A program made the position numbers and the translations under genes. A stretch of 63,047 nt of DNA, counting the filler, from Basidiobolus ranarum (lineage: Eukaryota), in the NCBI GenBank assembly GCA_040143965.1. It is 47 parts of 47 records of this genome, joined end to end, with 100 filler letters (N's around TTAATTAATTAA, not from the genome) between each part and the next. Parts side by side here need not be neighbours in the genome. Positions count along the whole stretch, not along the records: positions 12,133 to 13,378 come from JASJQH010012707.1; positions 13,479 to 14,724 come from JASJQH010012708.1; positions 14,825 to 16,069 come from JASJQH010012709.1; positions 16,170 to 17,414 come from JASJQH010012710.1; positions 17,515 to 18,759 come from JASJQH010012711.1; positions 18,860 to 20,104 come from JASJQH010012712.1; positions 20,205 to 21,449 come from JASJQH010012713.1; positions 21,550 to 22,793 come from JASJQH010012714.1; 39 more parts are not named here. One strand, written 5' to 3'. The notes under the pieces were generated by a model that ran no database searches, was not told the DNA's origin, and saw only the letters and a list, made by a program, of their open reading frames with translations. Shown in pieces: positions 12,133-24,237 of the stretch (its first letter is position 1; each line of letters opens with the position of its first letter).

Positions 12133-12490
12133 ATAACCTGATAAAAGTGTTTAGGGGATTTGAAAGTGTTTTGGACAAGATTGGGATTTGTGAATTGGAC
12201 ATTTAAGTTTTATTGATTTGAATATGTCCTATTTATAGTTTAATACAAAAATAGGACTATTGGACATGCTTAGATCATAACAATCATGGCTGTTAAGCAT
12301 TAGTGAAAATTTGAGATGATTTGGAGAAGTTTTGAGAACATGGTGAAAATTGGTAAAAGTGACCTTATTGATATTTATATCAACTAGAGCTATAAACACA
12401 TATTTTAAATGACAGAATTGAGTGCTAAGTAATCAGGATATTAATAAACTAACTACTAAATAATGAGTTGCTATTTACCTAATTTCAACA
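12133..12490 (-). mobile_element. Copia LTR family F (12139-12490) followed by start of PBS GGTTAT
   Basis: TGTTGAAATT...CTTTTATCA on minus strand; second copy at 32299-32581. Confidence 0.75.
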
Positions 12491-12522
12491 GTGCACTGTG
12501 TTAAGGAGACTCCAGAGTATAT

Positions 12523-13378
12523 TATTGAAGTTTATTGTCTTTACAATATTTGTTATCTCTATCTTTATGCACCCAACTAATTCATATATAACATACAAGT
12601 TAGTTAACATTACTTAGTCAAATACCACTTAACTGCAAATTGGAACATATACTGTATATATATGTGAATAATGTGAGAATTAGCAATTCCTTATTGAAAT
12701 TTCAAACTCATCCAAATTGCCCCAAAGATAGCTCACTTTACTCCAACAGATGTTCTAAACATAACCCCAGTGTTGGTTTTCTGTATTTCTACCCAAATGT
12801 TTAAATGTTTTATTTCTGGACAATAGTAATTATCTCACAAAGCTATACACCACTCCACTTTTCTAAAGTTCCTCCAAACAGCCCATATTTTCCCAATTGG
12901 TTATGAGCCCTGTGTTCTAACCTTTACAGAATGACAGAAACCACTACCACCACTTTTACTAACTCTAGTGTTGAAAAGCCTGATGGAGAAAATTACAATT
13001 TCTGGAAGTTCAAGATGAAAATTATGCTGGAAGACATGGAGCTTTGGAATGTAGTCTCTGGGGATGAAAACAAACCTTCAGACCCTTCTTTTTGGAAGTT
13101 TATAAGGAAATAGATTAGAAGACCTTTAATGACATTTGACAAAGCTTGAAAGATTCACAACTTGTGCATACTCAATATGCAAAGACTTCCCATTAAGCTT
13201 GGACTACATAAGAAGAGTGTTATGAAGCAACAAGCCTTGCTAATAGACTCTTTCTCACACAAAAATACTTCAATATAAAGATGGAAAAGTCTGAAAGCAT
13301 GGTTACTCATATTGCAAATGTGTGATCTTTGGCAAAACAACTGGAAAATATTGGTGCAACTTTACAGGAAGAAGATGT
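12523..13378 (+). mobile_element. Copia family C 5' LTR, PBS TGGTTATGAGCCC (12898-12910) and gag pseudogene from 12931
   Basis: Copia-type PBS; gag EKPDGENYNFWKFKM, homologous to 16616-17414. Confidence 0.9.
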
Positions 13379-13478
13379 NNNNNNNNNNNNNNNNNNNNNN
13401 NNNNNNNNNNNNNNNNNNNNNNTTAATTAATTAANNNNNNNNNNNNNNNNNNNNNNNNNNNNNNNNNNNNNNNNNNNN

Positions 13479-14724
13479 ATGTGTTGGAGCAAGTCGTATA
13501 CCTTGAGGTTTGCGTTTGGCAGTTCTTGCCTCTTCAACCACGGTAGAAGCTTCATCACTTTTGGCTGGGTGCCGTGACCTCTGTTTCATGGCGGAACGTG
13601 TCAAAGCATATTGTCTACCTTGAGGTTCATGTTCAACTATTGTGGCTTCTTCAAGCTCAGTAAGAGCTTTACTATCTCTCTCAAACACCTGTTGTCTTGG
13701 TCTTGTGGGGGTACATGTTGTAACAGATTGCTGTCTTAGTAGATTGCTCTCAGGTGTCAGATCTTCATCCAACAAAGTGGAAGGTTCAATAATTCTTGCG
13801 GTTGGCCTTTGTTGCTGTTGCGCAGTTGTACGTATTAAACCAGTATGTCTTTCTGGTGGCACGCTCCTTGGAGCTGACTCTTCTCCAGATGTAAAAAGCT
13901 CACTGGTTGGTTTGGTTGAATCAGGTAAATTGTGCGCTACAATGCATGAGAATGTGGGCTGTCCTCTTTCTGGTTCTTCATCAACTGCTTGCTCTTCATC
14001 AAAAACGGGAGAAACATCACGGACTCTTCCAAGCTGGCATTGCTGTCAATGTGTACTACTAGCTGATGAACCAACTTGTTGGGCTCTTGCCCTTGTTGGA
14101 GGTGTTACCTCAATTCTAGTGGTGAGTTGTGTAGATTCTTCTTGTGAAATAGATACCTTGTTGGGAGTCTCTTTGATTGGGGTGATCTAGTATGTCTCTG
14201 CCCCAGTCTAGGCTGCTCCAATTTGCCTTTGGGAATATCTTCTGATTCAATAAATTGTCTTGCTTTTCTCTTTACACCTCTGTTGATTACTCTTGCCATA
14301 GTGTCCTGAAATGTTGTTTTGAACTCTGCAACCTCCATCAACAGTTGCTGCAAAGTCTCATTGAGCAGTGGTAGATATCTATTTAGAACATCTTTTGTCT
14401 CTAAAGTTGAGGCCGCAATGGTCACTTCCAGTCCATACAAGCAAAAACACAATTGGAATTGTGTCTTTGCGGACTCAAAATTAAAATTCCTATTTCTCAA
14501 TTCACGCTTTCTATCCTCATGAGTCTTATTGTATATTTTCTTGCAGACTTCTGAAGGCATGAAGATATAGTATTCTCTCCAAAGCAGAGTTAAAAGTTGC
14601 TTCCACTTTTGTCTAATGCCCCCTTCCCCAGCTTCTGTCAAGTTTATCAATAACTCCCATATATCCAAGCAAGAATTCAAAGTGGATACGTGGGCATCAG
14701 TAAATTCATTAGGAATGTGCTGCT
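13479..14724 (-). repeat. Second copy of the 38-aa-repeat ORF family, including its upstream helical region
   Basis: High identity to 9760-10575; 191-aa open stretch 14105-14680. Confidence 0.8.
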
Positions 14725-14824
14725 NNNNNNNNNNNNNNNNNNNNNNNNNNNNNNNNNNNNNNNNNNNNTTAATTAATTAANNNNNNNNNNNNNNNNNNNN
14801 NNNNNNNNNNNNNNNNNNNNNNNN

Positions 14825-16069
14825 TTCTAAGCCTGAAACAAGCTGATTTTGGATTATTTAAGTCAATTTTTATTTCCCAACATGGCCTAATCTTTTATGC
14901 CATGTTTCATGGCTTATTTCCCTAGTTTTGGAAATGTTGTGTCCTAGAGAAAAGTGGGTAAAAAGTCTTGAACTTTACTGAACCAAGGAAACAGTTAAGT
15001 GCAGAATTTAAGAACTATTTAGCAAGATATAACAGCAGAGCAGATCTAACTAATATATGTCCTGGCAATAGTGGTGGGTTGCTATGCTATGGTAGAGAGT
15101 AGATTTGCCAGGCAGATAGGCTTGGAGTGCTGTAGGTGCTAGTGAATACTAGACCTGGATGGAAATGAGGAGGAATATTGAATTAGTTAGGGCACACTGA
15201 GAAATGTTGAGATCCTATATTTGTTGAGACACACACTAAACCAAAAGGTTCAGTTAACTTTATTTCTACTTTTTGATAGCAAAGTGAATTAGTCAGCACC
15301 AAGAAATTAGATGACTAAATCCAATAAAAGACAATGTGATATGATGGATAGATAGATAGATAAGTGAGTCATGCATCAACTGAAGTCTTGGCAGTGAAAG
15401 ATCATTGGTTATGAATCTTCTGATTTATATTGACTTATGTCAACGCAGATGACTCAGAGGTTAATACTGATTAGATAATGATCATGTGATTGGTCTGATG
15501 ATCTTACAGAAAGGATAGCAGAATAGATAGTTAGTCATGTGATAGGTCACATGATTGAGTCACTGGATAAGGTCAGGTGACTAGTTAGCTATGATGATAA
15601 ACTAAGAAGATATTTAAGCAAGTTGTATAGATATGGCTTAAGTTAAATAACTTTGTATGTTGATGCACAATATCATTCCCTCCCTGCATGAAGACTATTC
15701 TTAGCAGGCAATCCTCAATATTTACTATATTGATCAATGATACAGATATCATCAAAGTGGCTGTAAGGCTCCCAAGTATTGTATTTGGCAGTGTAACCTT
15801 TCCACTTCATTAGGTTAAGGCAGTTGGGTTCTTCATCATTGTGATCAACTATGGCTTCTACTTCATATGATTCTGTAGATATAGGATCTTGTGAAATAAG
15901 TTTGAGGGAAGTTAATGGAAAGTTCTTGGGTAGTAAGGCTCTGGTGTTATCTTGAAGTCATAAGATCCTCCAGTGGCTCTTCTGATAATCTTGAAGGGAC
16001 CTTCATACTTGGGATCAAGTTTGGATTGGCAGATGGGATCTAAAGTCATGACAAAAGAACCTTCAGGAA
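14825..16069 (-). mobile_element. Ty3/gypsy 3' end (IN tail, chromodomain, PPT 15673-15687, long LTR)
   Basis: KLDPKYEGPF, YEVEAIVDH...KWKGY...NTWEP, PPT AGGGAGGGAATGA. Confidence 0.8.
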
Positions 16070-16169
16070 NNNNNNNNNNNNNNNNNNNNNNNNNNNNNNN
16101 NNNNNNNNNNNNNTTAATTAATTAANNNNNNNNNNNNNNNNNNNNNNNNNNNNNNNNNNNNNNNNNNNN

Positions 16170-17414
16170 CATATTTTCAGCCCCTAGATCATCCAATCTC
16201 CTATGCCAGATTTTCCAGTCTATCTCTTCAGCTGTGGCAGTATTAACTTGATCATACATTGGCCTAATGTAATGAAGTTTATACAAGTTATTTTGCTTAG
16301 CTCCAGAAGCTATGTAATTCCCTTTTTGATCCCTGATTGTACAGCCATTTTGATCAAATTAAAGCTATATCTGAGGGATATAGCTTTACTCATTGATAAC
16401 AAATTTTTTGCTATCCCATGCACATGAAGCATGTTTTTCAGTGTCAAATACATGTCCCCAGAGATGTGACAAAGATCTACTTCAATTTCTCCCACTTCCA
16501 GAGCTTCTAGTGGCCAGTCATCTCCCATATAAACCTTCTTGTTTTTGTCAGTTTTGAGTGTCTTAAACCAGTTTTTTTGCTTAGAGAAATGTTGAGAGGC
16601 TCCAGAATCAATATACTACATCCTAAATTCTTGTTCAGAGGTCACTGATAGGGCAGAAATGAATAAAACTTCCTCTTTGGTTGAAGCCTGATTTGCTTGT
16701 TCTGACTTCTCATTTTTGTTGTAATTTCTTGATTTGCAATCTTTTATCTGGTGTCCTGGTTTGTTACAACCATAGCATAAACCTGGTTTCCTTCTTTTGT
16801 AACCTTTGTACTTGCCAAAGCTATGTTTTCCAGCTCCAAAAAGAGCCACTTCCTCAGATTCTTTTTTGAAATTCTTACTTCTGAGGTGTTGATCCATTAG
16901 CCTTGCTACCACAAACTCTAAAGACAACTTGTCAGATCTTGCTTCCAAAGCTGTTACCAAGTTTGAATACTGTTCTGGTAGACTACTAAGAAGAGTCATA
17001 ATGACATCTTCTTCCTGTAAAGTTGCACCAATATTTTCCAGTTGTTTTGCCAAAGATCTCACATTTGCAATATGAGTAACCATGCTTTCAGACTTTTCCA
17101 TCTTTATATTGAAGAATTTTTGTCTGAGAAAGAGTCTATTAGCAAGACTCTTTGCTTCATAACATTCTTCCAATATAGTCCAAGCTTGATGGGAAGTCTT
17201 TGCATATTGAATATTCACAAGTTGTGAATCCTTCAAACTTTGACAAATGACATTAAAGGCCTTCTTGTCTCTTTTCTTGTAAGCTTCCAATAAAGAAGGG
17301 TCAGAAGGTTCCTTTTCATCTCCAGAGACTACATCCCAAAGCTCCCTGTCTTCCAGCATGATTTGCATCTTGAACTTCCAGAAATTGTAATTTTCTCCAT
17401 CAAGCTTTTCAACA
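16170..17414 (-). mobile_element. Copia family C gag-protease
   Basis: 250-aa open gag, zinc knuckle CYGCNKPGHQIKDC, IDSGAS. Confidence 0.95.
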
Positions 17415-17514
17415 NNNNNNNNNNNNNNNNNNNNNNNNNNNNNNNNNNNNNNNNNNNNTTAATTAATTAANNNNNNNNNNNNNNNNNNNNNNNNNNNNNN
17501 NNNNNNNNNNNNNN

Positions 17515-18454
17515 TACCAAAGAGGAAGTTTTATTCATTTCTGCCCTATCAGTTACCTCTGAACAAGACTGTAGGTTGTGGTATATTGATTCTGGAGCCT
17601 CTCAACAGTACTCTAATTAAAAAAACTGGTTTAAGACACTCAAAACTGACATAAACAAGAAGGTTTATATGGTGGATGACTGGCCACTAGAAGCTCTGGG
17701 AGTGGGAGAAATTGAAGTGGATCTTGGGGATATCTGTGGAGACATGTGTTTGACACTGAAAATGTGCTATATATGCATGGGATAGCAAAAAATTTGTTAT
17801 CAGTGAGTAAAGCAACATTTGAGGGATATAGCTTTAATTTTGATGAAAATGGCTACACATTCAGGGATCAAAAAGGGAATTATGTAGCTTCAGGTGCTAA
17901 GCTAAATAACATGTATAAACTTGATTATTTTAGGCCAATATATGGACAAGTTAATACTGCCACAGCTGAAGAGATAGCCTGGATAATCTGGCAAAGGAGA
18001 TTGGGTCATCTAGGAGCTGAAAATTTGAGAAATTCAATTAAAAACAAGATGGTTTTGGGACTAAATTTTGTAATTCCACCAGATCTGGAGCTATGTGAAG
18101 GTTGCCAATATGCTAGGTAACACAGACAGCCATTTGTGGGCCCTGGAATGAGCAAAATTGATCAAAATTTGGGCCTGATACATGCAGATCTGTGTGGCCC
18201 AATGCAGACAAAGTACTTAGGCTGAAATAGGTATTTTATGTCCTTTATTGATGATGAGACAAAGTATACTTAAGTGTACTTTCTGGTCAGTAAGGATGAC
18301 ACCTTCAATACCTTGAAGAAGTTCAAAGCAATGGTGGAGACTGAAACAGGTCTAAAGATTAAGATTATCCATACTAAGAATGGAGGGGAACATACCTCAA
18401 AACTATTCTCTAACTTCTGCTCAACACATGGGATAAAACAACAGACTACAGTGA
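17515..18454 (+). mobile_element. Copia family C protease-integrase
   Basis: WYIDSGAS, WQRRLGH, CEGC, DLCGP. Confidence 0.95.
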
Positions 18455-18759
18455 TGTTGAAGTTTATTGTGTTTATCATATTTATTATCTCTATCTTTAT
18501 ACACCTAACTATTTCATATATCACATATAAGTTAGTTAACATTACTTAGTCAAATATCACTTAGCTGAAAATTGGAACATATATTATATATATATGTGAA
18601 TAATGTGAGAATTAGCAATTCCATATTGGAAATTTCAAACTCGTCCAAATTGCCCCAAAAATAGCTCATTTTACTCCCACAGATGTTCTGAACACAACCC
18701 CAGTGTTAGTTTTCTGTATTTCCACCAAAAAGTATAAATGTTTAATTTCTGGACAATAA
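18455..18759 (+). mobile_element. LTR C inserted in copia integrase
   Basis: TGTTGAAGTTTATTG... Confidence 0.9.
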
Positions 18760-18860
18760 NNNNNNNNNNNNNNNNNNNNNNNNNNNNNNNNNNNNNNNNN
18801 NNNTTAATTAATTAANNNNNNNNNNNNNNNNNNNNNNNNNNNNNNNNNNNNNNNNNNNNT

Positions 18861-19025
18861 GCTGAAGTTTTGTGGTCCGACATCAAGCTTGAGGATGGCA
18901 CTTACCGCAAGACTGGTGATGTATTCCCTCGTATTCATGAACAAAGAGCTCGTTTGGTTGATCGTGGTATTGATGCCGAGCCTATGCAACCTTTGTGGTG
19001 CGCTCGTCATCCTCGCAACTGTTAG
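18861..19025 (+). CDS. GH20 beta-N-acetylhexosaminidase, C-terminus
   Basis: AEVLWS...PRIHEQRARLVDRGIDAEPMQPLWCARHPRNC*; frame absent from the ORF track. Confidence 0.9.
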   Translation, partial: AEVLWSDIKLEDGTYRKTGDVFPRIHEQRARLVDRGIDAEPMQPLWCARHPRNC

Positions 19026-19998
19026 ACATCAGATATTCTACCCATGATTTTACATGTACTTCCAATTGCATGCATAGGATAGTACTTTTATTGTCGTTAC
19101 CTTTTAATTCATACCTTCTCTTTCCTTACATTACCCTCTGTAGAGATTCTATAGGATAGAAGTCTACATCGGAGTGGTATATTCTGTGTGTTGAAAATCC
19201 AGCTAATAATAAACTTAGTTATCAACTACTTCATTCCATTAACAATCTCAGCAATGATTTCTATATTCCTTCATTATGCTATAAATCTACATAAATATCT
19301 TGCACAATTAAACATAGCAAGTTGTAGGCATCGAAGAGCTTTATTTCCATTAAACTTAGGAATACAAGCTCATAAAATATGTTCGGAAAATTTATTAGGT
19401 AATTAATACCCGAGAAGATACTTGCGATACCAAATATTAATTTGAAAGAGAAAGTTCTACACTAGATCGTTTTTCCAACTTACAGTCAGTATTAATCCAC
19501 TCCATGAATATTTCCATTCGAGAACTTGTAAATAACGATATTTACGAAACGTGAGTTAGATTGAGAAGGAAAGTTCTTTACTCGATTTCTTTTTCTAACT
19601 TGTGGCCAGTCTGAATCCACTCACTGAGTTACCTAAAAGTGCAACAATCGGTGCATTTACAGTAGCGGCTCTGACTTATTCTAGGTTGAATTTGACCAAG
19701 TTTATATGCCACATGATTATACCATTAACGTGCTTTCAAGCGAATGTGGTGGGGACTGTATATGGTGGTAATATTAGCACTCAGAGCTAAATCTGATGAA
19801 AACAGTTTTCTCCGATTTCCAAAAATAACCATATTAGTTACTACCCCTCATAATTCGCTCCTGTTTAGTTTTGTATACATAATCTTGACCTGTTGGGATT
19901 CTAGCTCATTTTCTGAAAGCATATAAATAGAGTCTCTATAACTAGGTCCAAATTCAGATATTCCTCTCTCAGAAACCAACTAAACACTTTCCCATTCA

Positions 19999-20104
19999 AT
20001 GGTCGCTATCAAGCTTCTCGCTACCGTATCACTTCTTGCCGCTTCATCTATGGCTTGGGTTTGGCCCTTGCCCGAGAAGATGGAAATTGGTGAGAGTGTC
20101 TTGA
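19999..20104 (+). CDS. GH20 beta-N-acetylhexosaminidase, N-terminus
   Basis: Signal peptide MVAIKLLATVSLLAASSMA then WVWPLPEKMEIG; TATAAA at about 19922. Confidence 0.8.
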
Positions 20105-21024
20105 NNNNNNNNNNNNNNNNNNNNNNNNNNNNNNNNNNNNNNNNNNNNTTAATTAATTAANNNNNNNNNNNNNNNNNNNNNNNNNNNNNNNNNNNNNNNN
20201 NNNNAAGGAGAACAAACTATCATTTGATAATCTGGAATCAAGCAGCTATGTGAGTAGTGAAACATTAGGCAACACTGGAAATGCACAAATTTATACCAGA
20301 AATCCTGATAATTACTCTGAGTGTACTGAAAATTTGGAAACAGCTTCTGGAAATCAGCATTTTATCTCTGCCAATGAAGAATATGGTAGTCAGAAAAAGG
20401 ATATTTTTCCAGCCAATGAGGAATCAGGAAGTTGGGCTCAGAAACATGCTAATAATTTTTCACCAATGATGTACCAAAGATATATCCTACTCTCAATATG
20501 GCTGATATTGGATACAATCAACTATTGGAAGTATGTAATTAACAACAAAATTCAGGCAATCAGGTCTCAGAAATCCTATCAAGTGGAAATTAGAAACATC
20601 CTGTAAGTGAAATATCTGAACATTCTACCAAGGACTTTGGATGTCTCAAATCAAAGCATGAAATCAACAGATTAAATTCAGAAAATAGATGGAATATATC
20701 TGTACATATAGCATTTTCTGAACCAGAAAATTTGACACAAGCTCTGAAATCTGATGATGCAACAGAATGGAGAAAAGCCACTGATGATGAATTTCACTCC
20801 CTAATCAAGAATAACACATGGATCCTTGTGGACTTATCTATTGGAAGAAAAAATATTGATAATCAATGGATGCTGAAACTGAAAATTAACTTCAATGGAT
20901 CTAATAACCAGTGCAAAGCAAGATTAGTAGTTAAAGACTATGCTCAAAAATATGGCATTGACTATTATGAAACATTTTCTCTGATTGCTAAGTTTACCTT
21001 AATCAGAGCAATCCTAGCTATTGC

Positions 21025-21306
21025 TGTTGAAAGTCTGGTGACTTGTGGTACAAGCAGTAATTCCCAAAGAGGAAAATATGGAGTATGGTTAATACATCTG
21101 AGCACAAAGTCTAAGGCCAATCAGTTGCTTGTATCACTGAAATGCCAAAGTACCATTCATTGACAGACTAGGTTAAGGTTCCCTAGCAATATAGGCATAG
21201 TATACAAGGACTGGTAGCTCAGTGGTTAGAGCACCTTGCTAGAGTGAAGGAGGCCCCAGGTTCAAATCCTGGCAAGACCAATATTTCTCCCTAAATAATT
21301 TCAATA
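21025..21306 (+). mobile_element. Solo LTR family E (282 bp) with TSD ATTGC
   Basis: TGTTGAAA...TTTCAATA, flanked by ATTGC at 21020-21024 and 21307-21311. Confidence 0.92.
21208..21280 (+). ncRNA. tRNA-derived sequence inside LTR E (pseudo-tRNA with Pol III A and B boxes)
   Basis: 73-nt cloverleaf spacing; D stem GCTC/GAGC and T stem CCAGG/CCTGG perfect; A box TAGCTCAGTGG, B box GGTTCAAATCC; two acceptor-stem mismatches. Confidence 0.9.
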
Positions 21307-21549
21307 ATTGCTACCCACCAAGGAATGCTGATTTAACAAATTGGATGTCAAGACAGCATTTCTTAATGGAGAAATTGATGAACATATATACATGGATCAA
21401 CCAGAGAGATATATTGCAAAAGGATAAAAACATCAAGTATGCAAGCTATNNNNNNNNNNNNNNNNNNNNNNNNNNNNNNNNNNNNNNNNNNNNTTAATTA
21501 ATTAANNNNNNNNNNNNNNNNNNNNNNNNNNNNNNNNNNNNNNNNNNNN

Positions 21550-22040
21550 GTATCTATAGCCCCTATATTCTAAATAGGAATATCTCTATATCTATATAAT
21601 AAGTATGTCTTATTACCCCCACTTATCTATTATATCTTATTACACAAACTCCTGAATATCCCAAACAACTGATTTACTTTTCTACTATATAAGTCATCAT
21701 ATACTCTTAAGAATAAAGTAACTAAAACACACTATCATAAGTTGCTTCTGATACACAAAGTCTACCCCCATTTTGTCAAGATCCTCCAACAGTTTTGTCA
21801 AGATGTTAGCAAACTAATGTGTAGAATGTGCTAAAGAAGGTCCCAGGAACATGTGTGCAAAGTTTGGGGCTTCTAGTATAAGTTTGAAAAATTTATATAT
21901 CTGAGAACTTCTAAGTTGGTGTTAATATTTTAAGTAGATTTCAATTGAGAAATATGGATAATATCTTAGTGAATTATAAGATAACCAAGTACTAAGCTAT
22001 ATATGACTAAATAGGTGCTTAGGCAATGCTAATTTCCACA
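21550..22040. mobile_element. LTR B 3' part (to 21791) nested in a reverse LTR A
   Basis: ...GATCCTCCAACA then reverse complement of LTR A. Confidence 0.85.
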
Positions 22041-22682
22041 ACATTTGTAGTGCACATTGAACTATCTACCACCAACATAGCCTCTATAAAATCAAAGGCA
22101 ATGCATAAAGGCATATTTCCAGTAATGCACAGATCAAAAGTTTGTATGTTTTTGAAATTATAGAGAGTTCTGTTATGCATGTTGCTTCTATTTGTATAAT
22201 CCAGAATACTGTACTCACAAATACATCAAACTTAATACAACCTTTTATATTTGTAGCACCATTGTGCTGTGCAGGCAATATAGCCCAAAAGTTTATTTTA
22301 ATGACTATTTTGCTGTTTTGTACTTAAATATACATATATAAAGCATAGTGCTAGTGATATGTCAATATTTATAAAACATGAGTAGTCAACTATTTGTATA
22401 AAACTTTTTATCAAGACATTCAATATTTCTAGATTTATAACTTAATTATGTTCTCTTTGATATTCACTTTCTTCTTTATTTACTTTTGTACTCTTCATAA
22501 AGTTCTTCCAAATGCTACAAATCCATAATATTAATCTAGTTTTCTCTTTACTCTCAACAGTATACAAAAGATATTCTTAATAAGTAATTTGCAAAATATC
22601 AAGCTAAAAAAGCAGCAAGTCCACTTATGCTAATACTAAAATATTTAAATGCTTTTATAGATGAAGGAGAACATCTTCACTT

Positions 22683-22793
22683 TGTTGAAATTAGCATTGC
22701 CTAAACACCTATATAGTCATATATAGCTTAGTACTTAGTTATCTTATAACTCACTAAGATATTATCAATTATTCTCAATCGGAATTTACTTAG
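22683..22793 (+). mobile_element. LTR A 5' part
   Basis: TGTTGAAATTAGCATTGCC. Confidence 0.85.
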
Positions 22794-22893
22794 NNNNNNN
22801 NNNNNNNNNNNNNNNNNNNNNNNNNNNNNNNNNNNNNTTAATTAATTAANNNNNNNNNNNNNNNNNNNNNNNNNNNNNNNNNNNNNNNNNNNN

Positions 22894-23250
22894 GCACAGA
22901 GTGGAGCAAGACATGCGTTAGTGGAGGTGTGAGTGATCTTCTTTGTCTTGGGATCGTACGAGGAGACCAACAATGTACAAGCACCTATAATTCCAGCAAA
23001 GTAGAATGAAAATCAACATTCAAGAAAATCCAGTGAGTATTGGATCTTATTGTAGTTTCGGAATACTTGTGAATTCCAAATCACCCCTGTACTTACCGCA
23101 ACCGCCCTCTCCACATCCAAGTTTTGTTCCTGTGAGACCGGTACCACGGAGGTACTGGAGAAGTGTCATTTCTGGGTCAGGGTTTTGCAAAGCAACACGA
23201 GTACCATTAACGTAAAATGTCAAGGTGTTGGAATAGCTCTGAACAGACAT
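22894..23250 (-). CDS. xdh: Xanthine dehydrogenase N-terminus (exon 23250-23097, intron 23096-22985, exon 22984-22894)
   Basis: [29 protein letters not shown]...NACLAPLC 2Fe-2S motif restored by GT-AG splicing. Confidence 0.95.
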
Positions 23251-23880
23251 TTTCAATATAAAATGATTGATCTGCGAAATAGATATAGTATGCTTAATTT
23301 ACAAGAATCAGAGGAATTGGTACTAAGCTGTTGCTTGAGAGTGATGTCGTCCCTAGCTCGTAATTTATACTAAATGCCGGACAACACTCTCCAGTAGATT
23401 GAATTCTGGTAAAGATTAGATCTACTATTTCTGCACTATCAGTGAAATATTTCAGATCTAAACGGCACTATTCTTACCCTTGAATAACCATACCTGAGAA
23501 TACTCATAGAGATAGTCTCGTGTTAACTTTATCACAAGGTGATAGTTTTCCGAGTGGTTCCAGTGAGTGGTTCCAACTATATATATGCACACAATACAAC
23601 TGGATTTTTCAGTTTCACAATTGTATTTGGTCGCACTTAAATTCAATTAATTCTACTTATTGATCGATTCATATCAACAAAGCGATTAAAGAATCCGGCA
23701 TTGATTTCGGCAATCTTTCATCTAATTGAATAGCGGGGAAATCCGAGTTTAATGGATAATTTATATTCTAAATGAGCGATAATAGGACAGTGTTTAGAGT
23801 TCTAAAGGATACGATACAAAATATCCATCATTCATAAGCGACTTGAATAAATATTTGTTCATAAAACTTTCCTAATTGAA

Positions 23881-24137
23881 TCACCGAAGGTTGATATTGT
23901 AACAGAAAACGCATGAACGTCCATCGCTTTCAGTCCAGTGACACTGAAAACCATCCCCATTGGTTAGTGCCTCGAGAAATCTTGTCCTTTCAGTGTTCAA
24001 TACACTTAGACCTTGTTCCCAAGCCAATGAGCTAAGCCCTTCGTCACAAGGCTGTATACTTTGTAAACTAGGGTTGCAGATACAGTAGGCACAACATATC
24101 TCAGAGGTGTACTGAGTGCACTGAACATTCGACTTGG
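23881..24137 (-). CDS. Possible 3' end of an unidentified Cys-rich gene
   Basis: Frame open from contig end: KSNVQC...CCAYCIC...FQCHWTESDGRSCVFCYNINLR*. Confidence 0.45.
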
Positions 24138-24237
24138 NNNNNNNNNNNNNNNNNNNNNNNNNNNNNNNNNNNNNNNNNNNNTTAATTAATTAANNNNNNN
24201 NNNNNNNNNNNNNNNNNNNNNNNNNNNNNNNNNNNNN

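Larger units (their letters stand above)
20205..21449 (+). mobile_element. Ty1/copia IN-RT linker and RT, interrupted by solo LTR E
   Basis: KARLVVKDYAQKYGIDYYETF before the insertion, LDVKTAFLNG after it. Confidence 0.9.

Noticed and set aside
18804-19010. Track ORFs MTSAPQR (here), MIEAGIT (47007) and MRKDNTN (56125)
   Set aside because: Shadows of the GH20, CE4 and CBM19 frames
21208-21280. Functional tRNA-Ser(AGA)
   Set aside because: No long variable arm, two acceptor mismatches, a G-G pair in the anticodon stem, and it sits inside an LTR
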